A stretch of 54,203 bases of DNA, the filler included, from Sphacelaria rigidula (Eukaryota): assembly GCA_964200075.2 (NCBI GenBank). It is 5 parts of 5 records of this genome, joined end to end, with 100 filler letters (N's around TTAATTAATTAA, not from the genome) between each part and the next. Parts side by side here need not be neighbours in the genome. Positions count along the whole stretch, not along the records: positions 21,726 to 32,486 come from CAXNAA020005962.1; positions 32,587 to 43,345 come from CAXNAA020005963.1; 3 more parts are not named here. One strand, given 5' to 3'. The position numbers were made by a program, and so were the translations under genes. Each line of letters opens with the position of its first letter. The first letter of the stretch is position 1. Positions 26,483 to 39,259 of the stretch are shown here, one piece after another. The notes under the pieces were generated by a model. It did no database searches, was not told the DNA's origin, and saw only the letters and a program-made list of their open reading frames with translations.

Positions 26483-29400
26483 ATGGCGACCGGCTCGCGT
26501 AGTATGTCCAGCGTGGCGCCCGTGGTTATGCGGGGAGAGTTGCGACCTCCCCAATACGGGGATAGGTACTCCGAGAGTGCATCTCGCACTCTTTATACGG
26601 GGTACTTGAATTACAAAAAGCGTGTGGAGCACGCTAATGCAGGGGGTGCAGTGCGACATCAGGTGGTGTCGATGGCTCAACAGGTGCCGACGCATGTGCA
26701 AAGAGTGTTTGCGCGTGAGGAACATGATGGGAGCACAATCACCCCGCCGCAGTTGGTAACGGCGATCAAAAAGCATGCTGGGCATGCGGCGGGCGCCGAG
26801 GTGAAGTTGACCCAAGCGTCCGCGGCTGTGGCGGAAGCTGTCGCCATGGAGGCTAGGGGAAAGACCATGTTTGAGCGGGTGGAGCCTATCCTGTCCAATC
26901 TGGACACATACATTTCGAAAAATCCGAACGTAGGACTCGTATATCGTTCCCCCGGTGGTGAATTTATTCCCGGCCCGGCTGCCGTAATCACCAAGGCTTT
27001 GGTGAACGTGTTGACGCCGGAAAAATTCAAGCAAGCCATGCTTGTAGAGTTCCAGCACCAAACAGACTGGAAGGCCGACCCGTACCTGGTGATGGACACC
27101 GTCATGACCGAGGCCAAGGAATGGCGGAAGAAAGAGGTGTTCGACCAGTCGTCCACCTCCACGCCGAGGTCTTTGCGCCACCACGGCTCAAAATCGGCCG
27201 GCCGCGCTGCGACCATCACCTGCCATCGCGGTGGCCAGGTCGGCCATTACGCGCGCGATTGCCCAACGTCTTTCCGTGGAGAGTCCGGGCAGTCTTAAGC
27301 CGCGCGCCACCAACATCGACAGCACAAGGGAAAAATACGAGGTAATCGGGGTGGCGGCGGCGGATCCTCGGGCGGTGGTGGGTCGCAGTCGAGTTTACAG
27401 CAGCAGCAGCAGCAGCAGCAGGGGCCGAGGCGTCAGCATGGGTCTGGTGCTGGGTCCGGCGCCACTGTGGGTGCTGCTGCTCCGCAACGGGCGGTGCAGG
27501 TGGGACCGACTTCTACAGTGTCGAACACTGAGCCGGCGCCGGTGGTGGCACCGGTGGCGACATCGGCAGCAGCGCAGGCGCGACGCCTGCTAATGCGCTG
27601 GTTGGAGGTTCGCCAAATTCTTGGTCTGCTGGCTGGGGGTCATACCCGCCGGCGGTGCCGTTTTAACCTGCCGGGGCGTCTTCGCTTGCGCAGCTCGCGC
27701 AGCCGTGGCGTCAAGTGGGTTTAGCGGCGCATCGGTCGGCGGGTGAAGTGCCACTGGAGTTTGCGGACAAATACATTCCTGCGGAGCTGTGTCTTCCAAA
27801 TCATCGGGAGCGTGGAGTCATTGCGGTTCGGGCTGTGTTGGATTGTGGCGCCCACTTCACGAGTATGTCGGTGTAGATTGTAGAGATGCTGGAGTGTCTT
27901 CTCCCGGGTGTACCGATGCGCATCCCGTTTTCGCTCGTGGCGCGGCAGGCCGTCACCGCGTCAGGTCAGCATGTTTCCGTCACGGAGCGCACTGGTCCGC
28001 TGCAGCTGGCTTTCACGACTGCCTGGGGGCCGGCGCTGTTGCCTCCAATCTAGTTTGCGATTATGCCGGGGTCGGATGGCGTTATTCTTCTGGGGTTGCC
28101 GACGCTTCAGGATCCTAGAGTCGATCCGTATGAACGGTCGCGGGACACATCAAGACGCGGATGTCTCCGCCTGGTCCGCACGTGGAGACGCCCGCCGTTT
28201 TGGGCATTCGTCGCGTGAGCTTGTAGGTGGATGATTTGCAGGAGGCTGGGGGGGCAGGTGACCGAGGAGTGGGATGCGCCCGTGGAACGCGTGGTAGAGC
28301 GCGGCCCGGAGATGTTTATGGATCCAGCGGAGGAGAAGTCCGCTCGGAAGGTCGCGCTGGAGGAGAGCGTTACGACTGCTGTGGCGAAACGCCTCAGTGT
28401 TTCAAAAGCGGAGCGCCTGCATCGCATATTGCATCGCCGCGTCGACGCGTATCGTCGTGCGCTGCGAGGTGGCCCCCTGCGTGCACGAAGCCCATGCGTG
28501 TTCAGCTGAAACCTGGGGCATCCGCGGTGAAGACGAAGCCGCGGCGGTACGATGCGGTGAAATCGAGTTGGTTGACGTCGTGCATGGCCGCTCTTTTGGT
28601 GCTTGGGTTGGTGTATCTGAACTTGCAGGAGGCGGTGTGGTCCAGTCCGGCTATGGCGGTTCCAAAGAAGGGCCTGTTTCGCCTGGTAAGCGACTACAAG
28701 GCCGTAAATGAGAACGTTGAGAAGTCGCTGGGTGTGGTGCCTAACCAGGAGTCGGACATGCGTGATCGTTAAGTACCCATTTTCTTGGCAAGTTGGACCT
28801 CCTCCAAAGTTATTGGCAGATGCCGTTGGCGGAGGAGGCGCAGGAGATTTTCACAATCACGACCCCGTTAGGCTTGTTTACCCCGAAGCGAGTACCGCAA
28901 GGCGTGCTCAGTGCTACGGCATATTTTCAAGGCATCATGACAGAACTGCTCGTCGGCTTAAAATGCAAGAGATAGGTCGATGATGTATTTTTTCGCGGAC
29001 ACGGAAGACTAACGTTTTGACACGCTTGAAGCTATCTTGGCTTCTTTAGAGATTTTTGGTTTGGTCACGGCGGCGCATAAATGTACCTTCTTCGCTAGTG
29101 AACTCGTATGGTGTGGGAAAGTGTACTCACACGGACGCGTATCTCATGATCCTGTCAGATTGCAAGGCTTGTCTGACATGCAGCCCCCGGAGACGGCCGC
29201 TGAACTCATGCAATTCCTGCAGGCCGTGATTGGCTGCGTACCTCGTTGCCGCGTATGGCAGAAACCGTAGCTCCCTTGCGTGTTTTCCTCGAAGAACGTA
29301 TGGCGGGTGCTGCGAGGCGGACGAAGCGTGTTGCAAAAAAACGCACTTTTTCGCCTGCATCGTGGACGGAGGGCAGGCTGCAGGCGTGGGCGGCAGCGAA

Positions 29401-31470
29401 GGATTTGGCGGCTCATGCCGTGACGCTGTTCCACCATCGTTCTGATTGTCAGGTGTCAATATTTTCGGATGCATCTGAATGCCATTGGGGTAGTTTTGTC
29501 ACGCAGGTGCCTGAAATTGAAATGCAACGACGCTTGCCGGTCGAGAATATGACGCATGAACCGCTGGCGTTCCTCAGTGGTAATTTTAAGGATCAGCAGT
29601 TGCGATGGGCCACAAGTGACAAGGAAGGTTTTGCTATAGTGAGCACTTTTCGTCGTTTGGAGCATCGTTTGTGGGATGGCGTGCACATTTTCACGGATCA
29701 CCGAAATCTCGTGTATATTTTCAACCCGGAAGCGTGCGTTACGTCTGTGTCGAAGGCATTGGCACAACGTTTGGAGGGTTGGAAAGCTGTTCTTGGCCAG
29801 TATCGTTACTCGATTGGCTATAGTTCGGGTGACCTTGGCGCGTGGGGTGACTTGGTTTTGGGTTGGGTGAATATTCCGGCTTTGCCTATGCACGCTGTGG
29901 CTGTGTACGAGTATGGTCCGTGTGAACCTGATGACTCGATGCCGTCCAAATCTGTTGTACGCCAAGCGCAACAAAAAGACCTTGGGGCCGAAGATGCGGA
30001 TGTGCAATCGTTCGAGTCGGACGTTGGTACTGCTATCTCGGACAATGAAGGTCTGTTTCGTGTGCATGTGCGTGGCCCAAACGCTTTGTGGATTCCGAGT
30101 TCTGACAAGCAGTTGCAGGTACGTCTGATAATGTGCGCGCACATGCGCGACGCCGGGCATCGCGATGTAGCTGCGACGCGCGCGCGCTTGCAAGAGTTTT
30201 GTGTCTGGCAGGGGATACAAACTCATGTGCGCGAATTTGTCCGCCAGTGTCTTCCCTATGCTGACTCGAAGGCGGGCGATGTTGTTCCCCGCCCGCTCGG
30301 CGAAACGGTCCATGGGATCATGCCGAATGAAGTCGTTCATTTTGCCTTCTTGTACGTGGGCGAGAGTGGCCCGCTAACTTCCCAAAGTTTGTCGAAGGAT
30401 GCTGGAATTCGATATATTTGGTAATCATGGATGGTTTGAGCAATTTCGTGCCTCTGGAGCCAGTAGCAGTGCGTACTGCTGAATCGACTGCTGCATCTTT
30501 GCTGAATTGGCGCAAACCTTTGGGGGTGTCGCGTGTGTGGGTGAGTCATACCGCCACGCATTTCAAGAATGCGATCTGGGCTCGATTGCGACAGGCGTTG
30601 TACGTTGATCACCAGTTTACGGTGGCGTATTCTCCGTGGTCTAACGGTACGTACGAACGCATGATCGAGGAAGCATTTCGTGCTCTTCGCTCCATTCTTC
30701 TCGAGCAGCGTAGAGCGGTTCCCGAGTGGGTGGGCGTGTTGCCTGCTGTGCAATGGGCGCTCAATTCAGCGTATCGTCGTCGTCACGATAGGTTGCCGTG
30801 CCACGTGGTGCTTGGTCGTACTCCTCGGACGTCTTTCTCGGTGTTGGCGTCTTCGTCGGCGGGGGAACGGAAATGTAATGTTTTGGACGATGGTCAAATC
30901 AAGCATGCATTGCAAGGAGTCTTGAACTTGCAAGAACGTGTTGCCGCTGAACGTGCGCGTGGACGTGAGGGGTCCTCATCGGGGCTGGAACTGCCGAATT
31001 TTGAGGTAGGTGACTATGTCTTGTATGCACGCGTGCGTCGCCCGGGCGTTACGTCTAAGTTGATGGCGACGTGGACTGGTCCATGGAGAGTGGTTGGGGC
31101 TGACCACCCGCACGTGTATGAGCTTCAGAACATTGTTTCGGGTCGCGTTCAGACTTCCCATGTGACTCGTTTGCGCTTTCATGCAGACTCGCAGCTTAAT
31201 GGTACGTCTGACGTTAAGGACGTGTTCCAGCATGCTTTCAATCAGGAGCAATTTCAGATGGCTGGTATAGTCCGAGTGGCAGAAGCAGACGATCGTTCGT
31301 TGATCTGCTTGATCGACCGGGTTGGTCCCGAGGTTGAGGAGCGAACGTGGGAGCCTTTCAAGGGTATTTTTGAGGCCGCTCCAGAATTTTTTACGAAGGA
31401 GTTGCGTAAATTGCGCGTGACTCGTGCCGTTGCTGCTCGCATTTCGAGTGGGTTTGGTATTCAGTTGTGA
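26483..31470 (+). mobile_element. Degenerate Ty3/Gypsy LTR retrotransposon internal region with C-terminal chromodomain (gag-PR-RT-RH-IN-CHD)
   Basis: Gag with degenerate zinc knuckle CHRGGQVGHYARDC (26483-27298). Protease AVLDCGA (~27832-27852). RT motifs WSSPAMAVPKK..FRLVSDYKAVN, DLLQSYWQMPL, PQG and *VDD. RNase H FSDAS, DKEGFAIV, FTDHRNL. Degenerate integrase HHCC, WTGPWRV (GPY/F motif) and chromo-like ERTWEP. Many stops and frameshifts. Confidence 0.95.
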
Positions 31471-32486
31471 CTTACTCATCATTTTGGCGTTTACCTTGTG
31501 TCAAGTTTGTTGTGTGGACAATACCTCTTTGCAGTGACATATCAGAGACTGATGCCACACATGTATGCAGACCCAGCGCAAACAGGGACACGATAGGAAC
31601 GGTCTGGAAGGACCAGATCACCGAGGACCCTGTAATGCCGACGTAACTAAACAACTCGGGGTGATGCCAGGAAGAGCCCAATATTAGGACGATCCAACAT
31701 CTCCCGAGATCCTGGTCGCCTCTGGCGACCACTCCTAGTCTGACCCCACTTCTTGCCTACATATACAAGAGAAAATCATCGCCAGCCTCGGAGTTCCTTC
31801 GGCATCAGGACGGCAGTCTCCCCCGTAGGGCTCTGACTACTCTAGCGGTACGCCTTCCTCACACTGGCGACACCAAGACAGAACTCAAGCAAGACAGGCC
31901 TTAAAAGTAAAAAATTGGAACGAGAACCGACTGCTCCCCGACACCGGAAATACTAGGGTCCCCAAGGAACGCTACTCCAGGTGAAACGTATGGGTCATGT
32001 GCTTAGTTATTCGAGTTTAGAGGTTATTGGAGTCATGTGTTTGGGTCAACGCGAAATTAGCCCCCTCAATGTGCATTAATATGTCACCCGCATGACTAAT
32101 CAAAGAGCGAAACGCGAAGTTAGACTCCTGAGGATGCAGTCTATGTCACCTGTATGGCTAGTCAAACAGCGAAAAAGCAAAAATAGTCCCATCAGCATCA
32201 TTATATGTCACCAGAACGGCTTATTAAACAGCGAATCCACACTTACCAACCAAAATTTCACCACCATCGCACGACAGGCACGGCAATTAATCAAGCGGAC
32301 CGATCTCTGGAAACGCGGTGACTCGAAATAGCACTAACAAGCAAACTGACCCAACCTGCGAATACATGACCTTATCATTTCCTACCGTGTAGCAAGCGGA
32401 AGAAGGAGATGTATTCACACGCCGGACGGATCAGGTCGTGACAGATCCGGGTCAGCTCATTTCGGGCATAAATCATGATCTGTACA

Positions 32487-32586
32487 NNNNNNNNNNNNNN
32501 NNNNNNNNNNNNNNNNNNNNNNNNNNNNNNTTAATTAATTAANNNNNNNNNNNNNNNNNNNNNNNNNNNNNNNNNNNNNNNNNNNN
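32487..32586. other. Artificial contig-joining spacer
   Basis: N run plus TTAATTAATTAA. Confidence 0.98.
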
Positions 32587-32651
<65 letters not shown>

Positions 32652-34227
32652 CGTGGCACGTACTGTAATGAGAAAACGCCCGTGGGAACGAAAGATGACA
32701 AAAGGGCAATTGGACAAATCGACCTCGCTTTTTCCCCCGATAGATACGGCCACGGGTGATCGTTCCATTCGGCGGGTACGAGGTGTAGGGTTACGGCAGC
32801 TCGTGTTCGCTGTGCCGCAAAATCGAAACACGCACACCAACACCCGTCTGCTACGCGAGTGCTGACTCGACCCCCTGAGGGGAGCGGAGAAAGAAACCGA
32901 CAGTGATTGCGTTGCCGCCAAATAACAATGAATGGTGCGCTGGTCGTCGATTCCTTTCTCATGTCTGGATGGTATACCGCCCGACAGCGTATCTCGACAC
33001 ATACACCCGGAGGCGACATATATTCCTCGGAAAATTATGGTTTGTGCAGGTGCTGATGCATTTCGAATGACACCAACACTAAAACTAACACTAACCCTGA
33101 CCCCAACCCCAACGAAGGCATACCGAGAATCCTCTGGCAAGGGGGGTGCACAGTACTTGGTGGGCAAAAACGTGCGTTCCCAGACCTCAAATCGGTAGGC
33201 AAAAATGCGTTCTGCACACGCTAAGAGCACGCAAGGAGCACAGCCCCCCTTCAAAGGATGCGGGTTTCGGTGTCGCCGCTACAATCCAATACTTTACCTG
33301 TCCACAAGCCGTCAATTTCCGCGAACTACATTAAACTATCACGTGGTGAACTCTTCTATATTTTCGACCGACAACATGCGGGAAAACAAATGGCGGTCTG
33401 ACGGGCCCACCGCGTTTACGCTCGTAGCTGGGATCGACTATATTTCATGATCCGTGGCGTGCGAAGAAAGTGAAACACTTTTCAGCTGAGATTATTCGAT
33501 CGAAAAGTGGCGGTCGAGGGGCACGAACGGGCATTCCACTTTCATTTCGCACACCACTACGCCAGATAACACCCGTTCACAGAACCTCACAAGCTGTATT
33601 CAAATAATTCTAAGCTACTACCGCAACTCTGCAGCATACTGCACGACTTGACTACAGGGACGTATCCTGGAGTGGTTGGGTACGCCTTGTTTGTTTCTGC
33701 TGTTGGCGAAGACCTCAGCATCTTCCTGCATTCCAGCCACAAAAGAGGGAACTACGTTGTAAAAAGGGCAAAGGAGTTGCGTACACACTCATGGGACAGT
33801 CCATCTCACGTCGCATTTTCAGGAGAGACGACATACACACTGTTCTGCGCCGTTTCTACTGCACGTCGTCAGCTTCGTCTGCCCTCTTGTTCAAAGACCC
33901 AAAAATACGAACGAATCTCTCGTAATTTCTGCGAGGGTTGGACGAATTGCGATTCGTCTTGGAATTACTCGACTATAGTTGAAGTGATTTGTCCCGCACG
34001 AATCAATCCTTAGACTCTGTTTTCAGCGTTGGATCCCAGGTGCGCGCAGCCCAATCATGCGGGATGCCGCAGATATTGCGTGCAGGACGTTTCGATCGGC
34101 AGTCAACTTTCTTCTCGATTTCGAGCCGTCAGGGCTGAAAAAAACATGGATTCGGTGATTCGAACTGGCGACGATTCGTCTGAACCGTGAATAACTTGCT
34201 GTAGTCAATACTGTTTCCATACCTTAC

Positions 34228-34475
34228 GACACTTTCTACGATAGCCCCCCCCCCCCCAAAAGGGCATGGTTTTCGGAGGCAAACTCTTCACGTATATCGG
34301 AATGGGAAAAGCCGAGCACAATGAGAAGCTGGGAATTCTCACACTTGGGTTCGTTCTAGACGATATCGCTAATATGAGGCGCTTCATGCAGCGTGAAGCC
34401 GAACATGAGGCGCTGTATGGCCATTTTTTTCGTGACAATTTTAGCTGGTTTTGGGGGGGGGCTATCGTAGAAAGT
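34228..34475 (+). mobile_element. MITE, family A, copy 2
   Basis: TIRs cactttctacgatagccccc...gggggctatcgtagaaagt; interior homologous to 23667-23913 in the opposite orientation. Confidence 0.85.
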
Positions 34476-34602
34476 ACCTTGCGTGGTATTGGAGTGCTCG
34501 TGTGTATTATTTGCGATGTGAGGGTACCGATTTCTGTTCCTCAACGTGATTGCGGTGGCGTGGGACCTCAGATATGTGGTCAACAAAAATTGAAAACCTT
34601 CA

Positions 34603-35052
34603 AGGTTGTGTTCTGTATGGTCGGGTACGTTCTGTAGGGCATGAGATTCTTTACTGAACTTCCAGAACCGTCGGGTAACGGTATAAAAATCTCACAGATA
34701 TAGCAGAACTTGTCGGGCACGGTACGGTAGGTTTACATAACACCGGTACCGGCAGTCGGGTAACTCTTTTACGGCATACCCGCCCCTCGGTTTAGGTTAA
34801 CTTTCATATACAGAAGTCACGGAAGCAGTCGAGTAGGGTATCGAAGTTGCACAGAAAACCGTACCCACAACCGGGTATCTCAGCAAGATCATATCCGTGC
34901 CCCCCGGTAACGGTACAGGAGGCTCACAGAGATAGCAGAACTGTCGGATACCGGTACGAAAGTCTTGCAGGAGCCACAGAACTGTCGGGTGCGGTGAATA
35001 CCCGGGGAAATACCCCGGGTAAACAGAAGACCGTATCCTACAGAACACACCG
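34603..35052 (+). repeat. Foldback/MITE-like repeat (ACAGAAC family)
   Basis: Inverted ends ggttgtgttctgta...tacagaacacacc; internal repeats of ctcacagatatagcagaact; homologous fragments on contig 2. Confidence 0.7.
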
Positions 35053-35309
35053 TCGACAATCTCATTCGTAGGCGGTTTCCGATGCGTCCCAGAAGACATG
35101 AATGCCAAAGCCGAGGGCCCATCTCTCGTGCCGCCTTTTAAAGATGGCGGGGGACCTCACCTTGCTCGCTCACTGCGCACTCGCCTGTTTTCGAGGCAGG
35201 AAACAAACACAGATGCCCTCCGTAGATTCTTCACCTGAGAACCGTCCATGGTACAGAGGGCAGCACCGAGAACATCGGACAGCCCCTCCCCTCGCCCCTC
35301 CCGGAGGGC

Positions 35310-35785
35310 GTTTTTCGAAATTTGTCATGACTTTTTTCACCAGTATTTATCTTTACCTTCATCGCAAGAAATTGATCAACTAACGCTGGCACAAACCGAA
35401 ACGTTTGGTGGGCTTTGCGGGGTTCGTACATTTACCTCTTCTGCTCCTTGCCCGCTCTGTCCCGACGACCTTAGATGCCAGGGGGCAGTTTGTCGACAAT
35501 TAAGATACCGAATTTTGTCGCCATATATTTCTGTCAACTTTGTTGCTCAATAAACGCTGGCAGAAACCGGAAAGACTGGTGGGATTTGCGCGGTTCGTAT
35601 ATCTGCTTCTGCTCTTTGCCCGCTCCGCCTCCATGACCTCAGACGCCGAGCGCATTTCATCGAAAATAAAAATTAGCTTGATTTTTTTTCAATATTTTCC
35701 CGTTAACTTTGCTGCAAGAAATTGATGAGCAAACATCATCAAAACTAGAAAAGTCTGGCGGGGTTTGCGGGGTGTGTGTTTGCTA
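35310..35785. repeat. Diverged tandem repeat, ~2.5 units of ~175-185 bp
   Basis: Recurring aacgctggca.aaaccg.aa...tggtggg.tttgcg.ggttcgta at ~35381 and ~35553, with a weaker third copy near 35740. Confidence 0.75.
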
Positions 35786-36129
35786 TTGCTCATTTACATG
35801 TTCATATATATTTAATATTACAGTACTTTGTACATATAATATAATAAGCGTGTCTATTAACATATATTTTTACATTACATGATATATAATTAGATATGAT
35901 ATTTTCCCCAGTAGTATATACTGCCCCTCGATGTATATTTACACATATAATATATACATGGATCGTATATATTCAGGAGAACAAGCATATACATAATATG
36001 TGGTGTAATATATTATATAATACTGTCTTGGCCTCGTACAATTTGCCTGTGTGTTTTTCAACATTCCGACCGCGGGTCTGCGCAAAAGAGTGAGTGTTCA
36101 CATTCAAGAAATGGAGGATTACAAATGCT

Positions 36130-37456
36130 CACAGCTACGGATTCGCACCCTGCGTGCATCATGGTAAAAGCGGAAAAGAAACCATGGCATTTTTCTTGCG
36201 GTGGTCGACACGGCGTCCATCTTCAGGGGTCGTGGCTGCTGTAGCAAAGGACGTACCATAGTGCGCGTGGCAGCTGCATAAAGGCAACATTGGTTGTGCA
36301 GTAGAGGGTGTTGTCCCCCGTCATACGCGTACCAACGGAAGGGGCCCGACCTGATGCCAACACGTCGGACGCTTACGCCCCAGGCTTCACCTCACTAGCG
36401 CACAGGTTTGCCTGGTGCTTCGCGCTTCACACCTGAGACGTAGGATGAAACTCTGACGCACTCTATACTAAAAAACAAGAGGTGGTGAACTATCTCCAGA
36501 GAGTTCGGTATCGCAATTTCTTGGCGAAGGCACATACCTCCAACCTTCAGAACCACAAACATGTCACCTCTCGCTTCGTGTTCATTCTTGTCTCACCTTC
36601 GGGACACTATTGGCAGCGACATGTGCTGCCTTCCCCAGCTTGACGAAAGCTCGTTTGAACCATCCAGACGCATCTTTCTGCCTCGTGGCGACGTGCGGAC
36701 GAGGACGGAATGGTTGAAGGGGCACCGAACGCGGGGGTGCATGAAAGCATGAGCTTATACGCGCGAGTGCGACATCTCGGGTGCTGCAAAAATATTCGAC
36801 CTGCGTCGAAGACTTGAATATCGTTATTATAGTACAACAGTCAATAACACGGAATTTTGCACTGCAGTCGATCAGCAGAACAGGACACCCGCAGCCAAAA
36901 GTAAGGAAATAACCACCTCACCTCCAAGCATGTCACTGTGCCAGGAGAGTGGCTCTCGAGCTCGTCGAGATATGACTCCACGTACATGTCCGTTTCCGCG
37001 ATTTCTGCTTCGCCCTCTTGTCGTACGTTGGAACGGGCTCGAAACGCCGAGCGTTCCGAGAAAACGGCCCCCGTCAGGGTCTGCACCGTTTTTTTCAGGT
37101 CTTTGCCCGTCATGTTCGGATTTAGCCGCAGGGTTTCATCCACGAGAGGCTGCACCGCTCTGATGGATGCTGTGGTTGTTTAGGTCAACGAACGACGTCT
37201 TCAAATCCCCCGTGCATTGCTTGTTGGCACGGATAGCAGCGGTGCACCCTAGCTCTGTCCTCGTCGCTTTGTCGTATCTTCTCATGGAACAGTAATACGC
37301 CTTTTGCTTGCTGCCGCCCCTGCCAGCGATCATGCTCCTCCCGGTCGAGAGGAACGCTCGCTCGGAGTGTGCGCGCAGCTGTTTGCAATCATTGCACAGC
37401 AGTCCCTCTTTCATTGCAATGCTGTTGACTTGGTAAGATTGGGAAGGGGCGGCCAT
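36130..37456 (-). pseudogene. Mutator/MULE (MuDR-like) transposase pseudogene
   Basis: N-terminal WRKY/GCM1-like Cys/His domain (AYYC...GCTAAIRA...NNH). Frameshift near 37160. Then KDLKKTV..FSERSAFRAR and YLDELESHSPGTV (MuDR 'NPGT' region), donor GAG|gtgagg at 36922, and a degenerate LDG-N region downstream. The 3' limit is approximate. Confidence 0.7.
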
Positions 37457-37574
37457 CTTGGGACATTCTGGGTGCCACGGTGGTAGGTTCGTGGGCTCGT
37501 GACAACCAGCCAGGAGTTCGTTTGGTCAGGGCGCCGTGTGCTTTGAAAAGAAGGTTCTCGTCAAACCCATGGAA

Positions 37575-38010
37575 CCAACGCGTGCTTTGTCGGATCGATA
37601 AGGCGTGTTCGTTGACGGATTGACAAAGCGTGCTCGTTGTCGGATTGACGGGCAAAGCTCCAGGACGGCGGGTAATCGGATAGACGAAACGAACCTCGGG
37701 ATATTATGATCTCTAACGGCCAGCCGTCGAAACGTAACATAAAACATGGTGACGTGTGTGTTTTGGGGCTGGCCGGGAACTTGGGCATTACCGTCTCGAT
37801 CGCCAAAAACCGGTGAGACCATCGCCAAAAAACGGTGAAAGCCAAATCGAGTTTCCAAGAACAGGTATACCGTGTGTGTTTTCGCCAGAATACGCACGCG
37901 GCGGGATGTGGCCAATCAGGCGGCTGCATTAGTAGCGTTTCTGAGGGGGGGTGTGAGCTATACCGGATGTTGGCGAAAATATCGTCGGTATACCGGTTTT
38001 TGGCAATTGC
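37575..38010. repeat. Short tandem and inverted motif arrays upstream of the MULE start (probable subterminal repeats)
   Basis: Three copies of a ~25-bp gcgtg.t...tg.cggat.ga unit at 37580-37650. Two copies of tcgccaaaaa.cggtga at 37800-37840, with inverted copies (accggtttttggc) at 37960-38005. Confidence 0.55.
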
Positions 38011-38996
38011 CCATACGTGCTTATATATGCTGAACGTCGTCTGCTCTTCTTTCTCAGCTGCAGTGCCGCTGCCAGTAAAAAAGTTGGTCATCGCAGCTAG
38101 GTTACCGCAGCTACCAGACACATGAGTACAGATAGTGTCACCAGCAAAGAGTAGCCTTCATCTGGCAGCGGCCTACTGGTCTAAGCAGCACAAGTAGGTA
38201 GAAGTAGGCAAGAACTAGCGCGCTTCGCAGAGGATCGATCGACTTTCCCACCCGCCGCCCCGTTGCTCAAGAAAGGGTGGAAACAGGGTGCAAAAAGTGG
38301 ATAGGTGACTGTGCGGAGTAGCACTACCGCAACAGTAGTGGGAGAGATGAATAGCTCCGGAGGGGATAGCAATAACAGAATCTTCAGCGTCGATTTCCGG
38401 GTTAGTCTGATTAATAGTAGGTATTGGTTGATGGATTGATGGAGATAAAAATGCACCGAATGCATACCGCATTGAGTTCGATTTGTTTTGGTTACGGGTA
38501 CAGTATTTTGATTTGTGGCAATTCCAGTGGGACACTGCCGGGCGTAGAAACGGGGCAACGTACAATACCAGAATTCTTGAGCCGAAGCAAATGAACGCTC
38601 TCCGGGTTCCAAACATTTTCTTCCAGCAACTGTTTTGACTTCGACCACTTGTGCGGATCAAACTGCAAGCATGTTTTACGACTAATGCGTGAGCTCCACT
38701 GGAGCCCTTTCTGCACAGAGATTGGAGATGAACGTAGTATCGTGGGGGTATATTTAGCCTGTACTGACAGTGGAGAAAGGAACAACGACCAACGAAGAAT
38801 ACAAGACGGTATTGTACAGAAGTACTCTACTACTGCACATAAAATAGTACATGGCAGTGCTGTCGCTGTTCGGTTGCATGCATGTTGTGCATGTGGCAAG
38901 AGTAGGGGGGTGCGCTAGAAGATGTTGAACCTGTTCTACAGTGTCGAATTAATCGAGTCAGCTACCAAAGAGAGACACACAGTATAGCAAAAATAC

Positions 38997-39259
38997 CTGC
39001 AACGCGTGCCAGCATCCCCTCCGACGCACTTCTTTTTCCTTCTATAGCAAAAATCACAGCTTTTCCGGGTGCTGAGGCCCTTGTACGGCCCACGCTTGGG
39101 TCTCGATGTCGATGCTTCCTGTCGTTTCAAAGAGCTGTTGTCGCCCACTTTCGTTTCGACCAAACTCGACGGGACCGACCGTGGTGTTGGTACGTCCCTG
39201 TCTCTCAAATCCACCTCACCAACAGATGCAGCATCCTCTACGCGATTATTTGGCTTCAT
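38997..39259 (-). CDS. First coding exon of a Zn(II)2Cys6 (GAL4-type) zinc-cluster protein
   Basis: RKSCDFCYRRKKKCVGGDAGTRC fits CX2CX6CX8C, then a phase-2 donor TGC AG|gtattt. No intact exon 2 was found, so this may be a pseudogene. Confidence 0.8.

Noticed and set aside
29456-30340. 294-aa minus-strand ORF, and 26471-27184
   Set aside because: Antisense shadows of Gypsy pol and gag, with no independent domain signal.
32587-32648. Poly-Pro/poly-Gly ORFs from long G runs (also ~10670-10730 and the window end)
   Set aside because: Homopolymer tracts at contig ends, probably partly sequencing artefact.
33076-33112. Telomere-like CCCTAA variants
   Set aside because: Only a few degenerate units in an internal position; not a telomere.
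35310-35785. CRISPR-like array
   Set aside because: Units are long and diverged along their whole length, with no unique spacers or cas genes, in a eukaryotic context.
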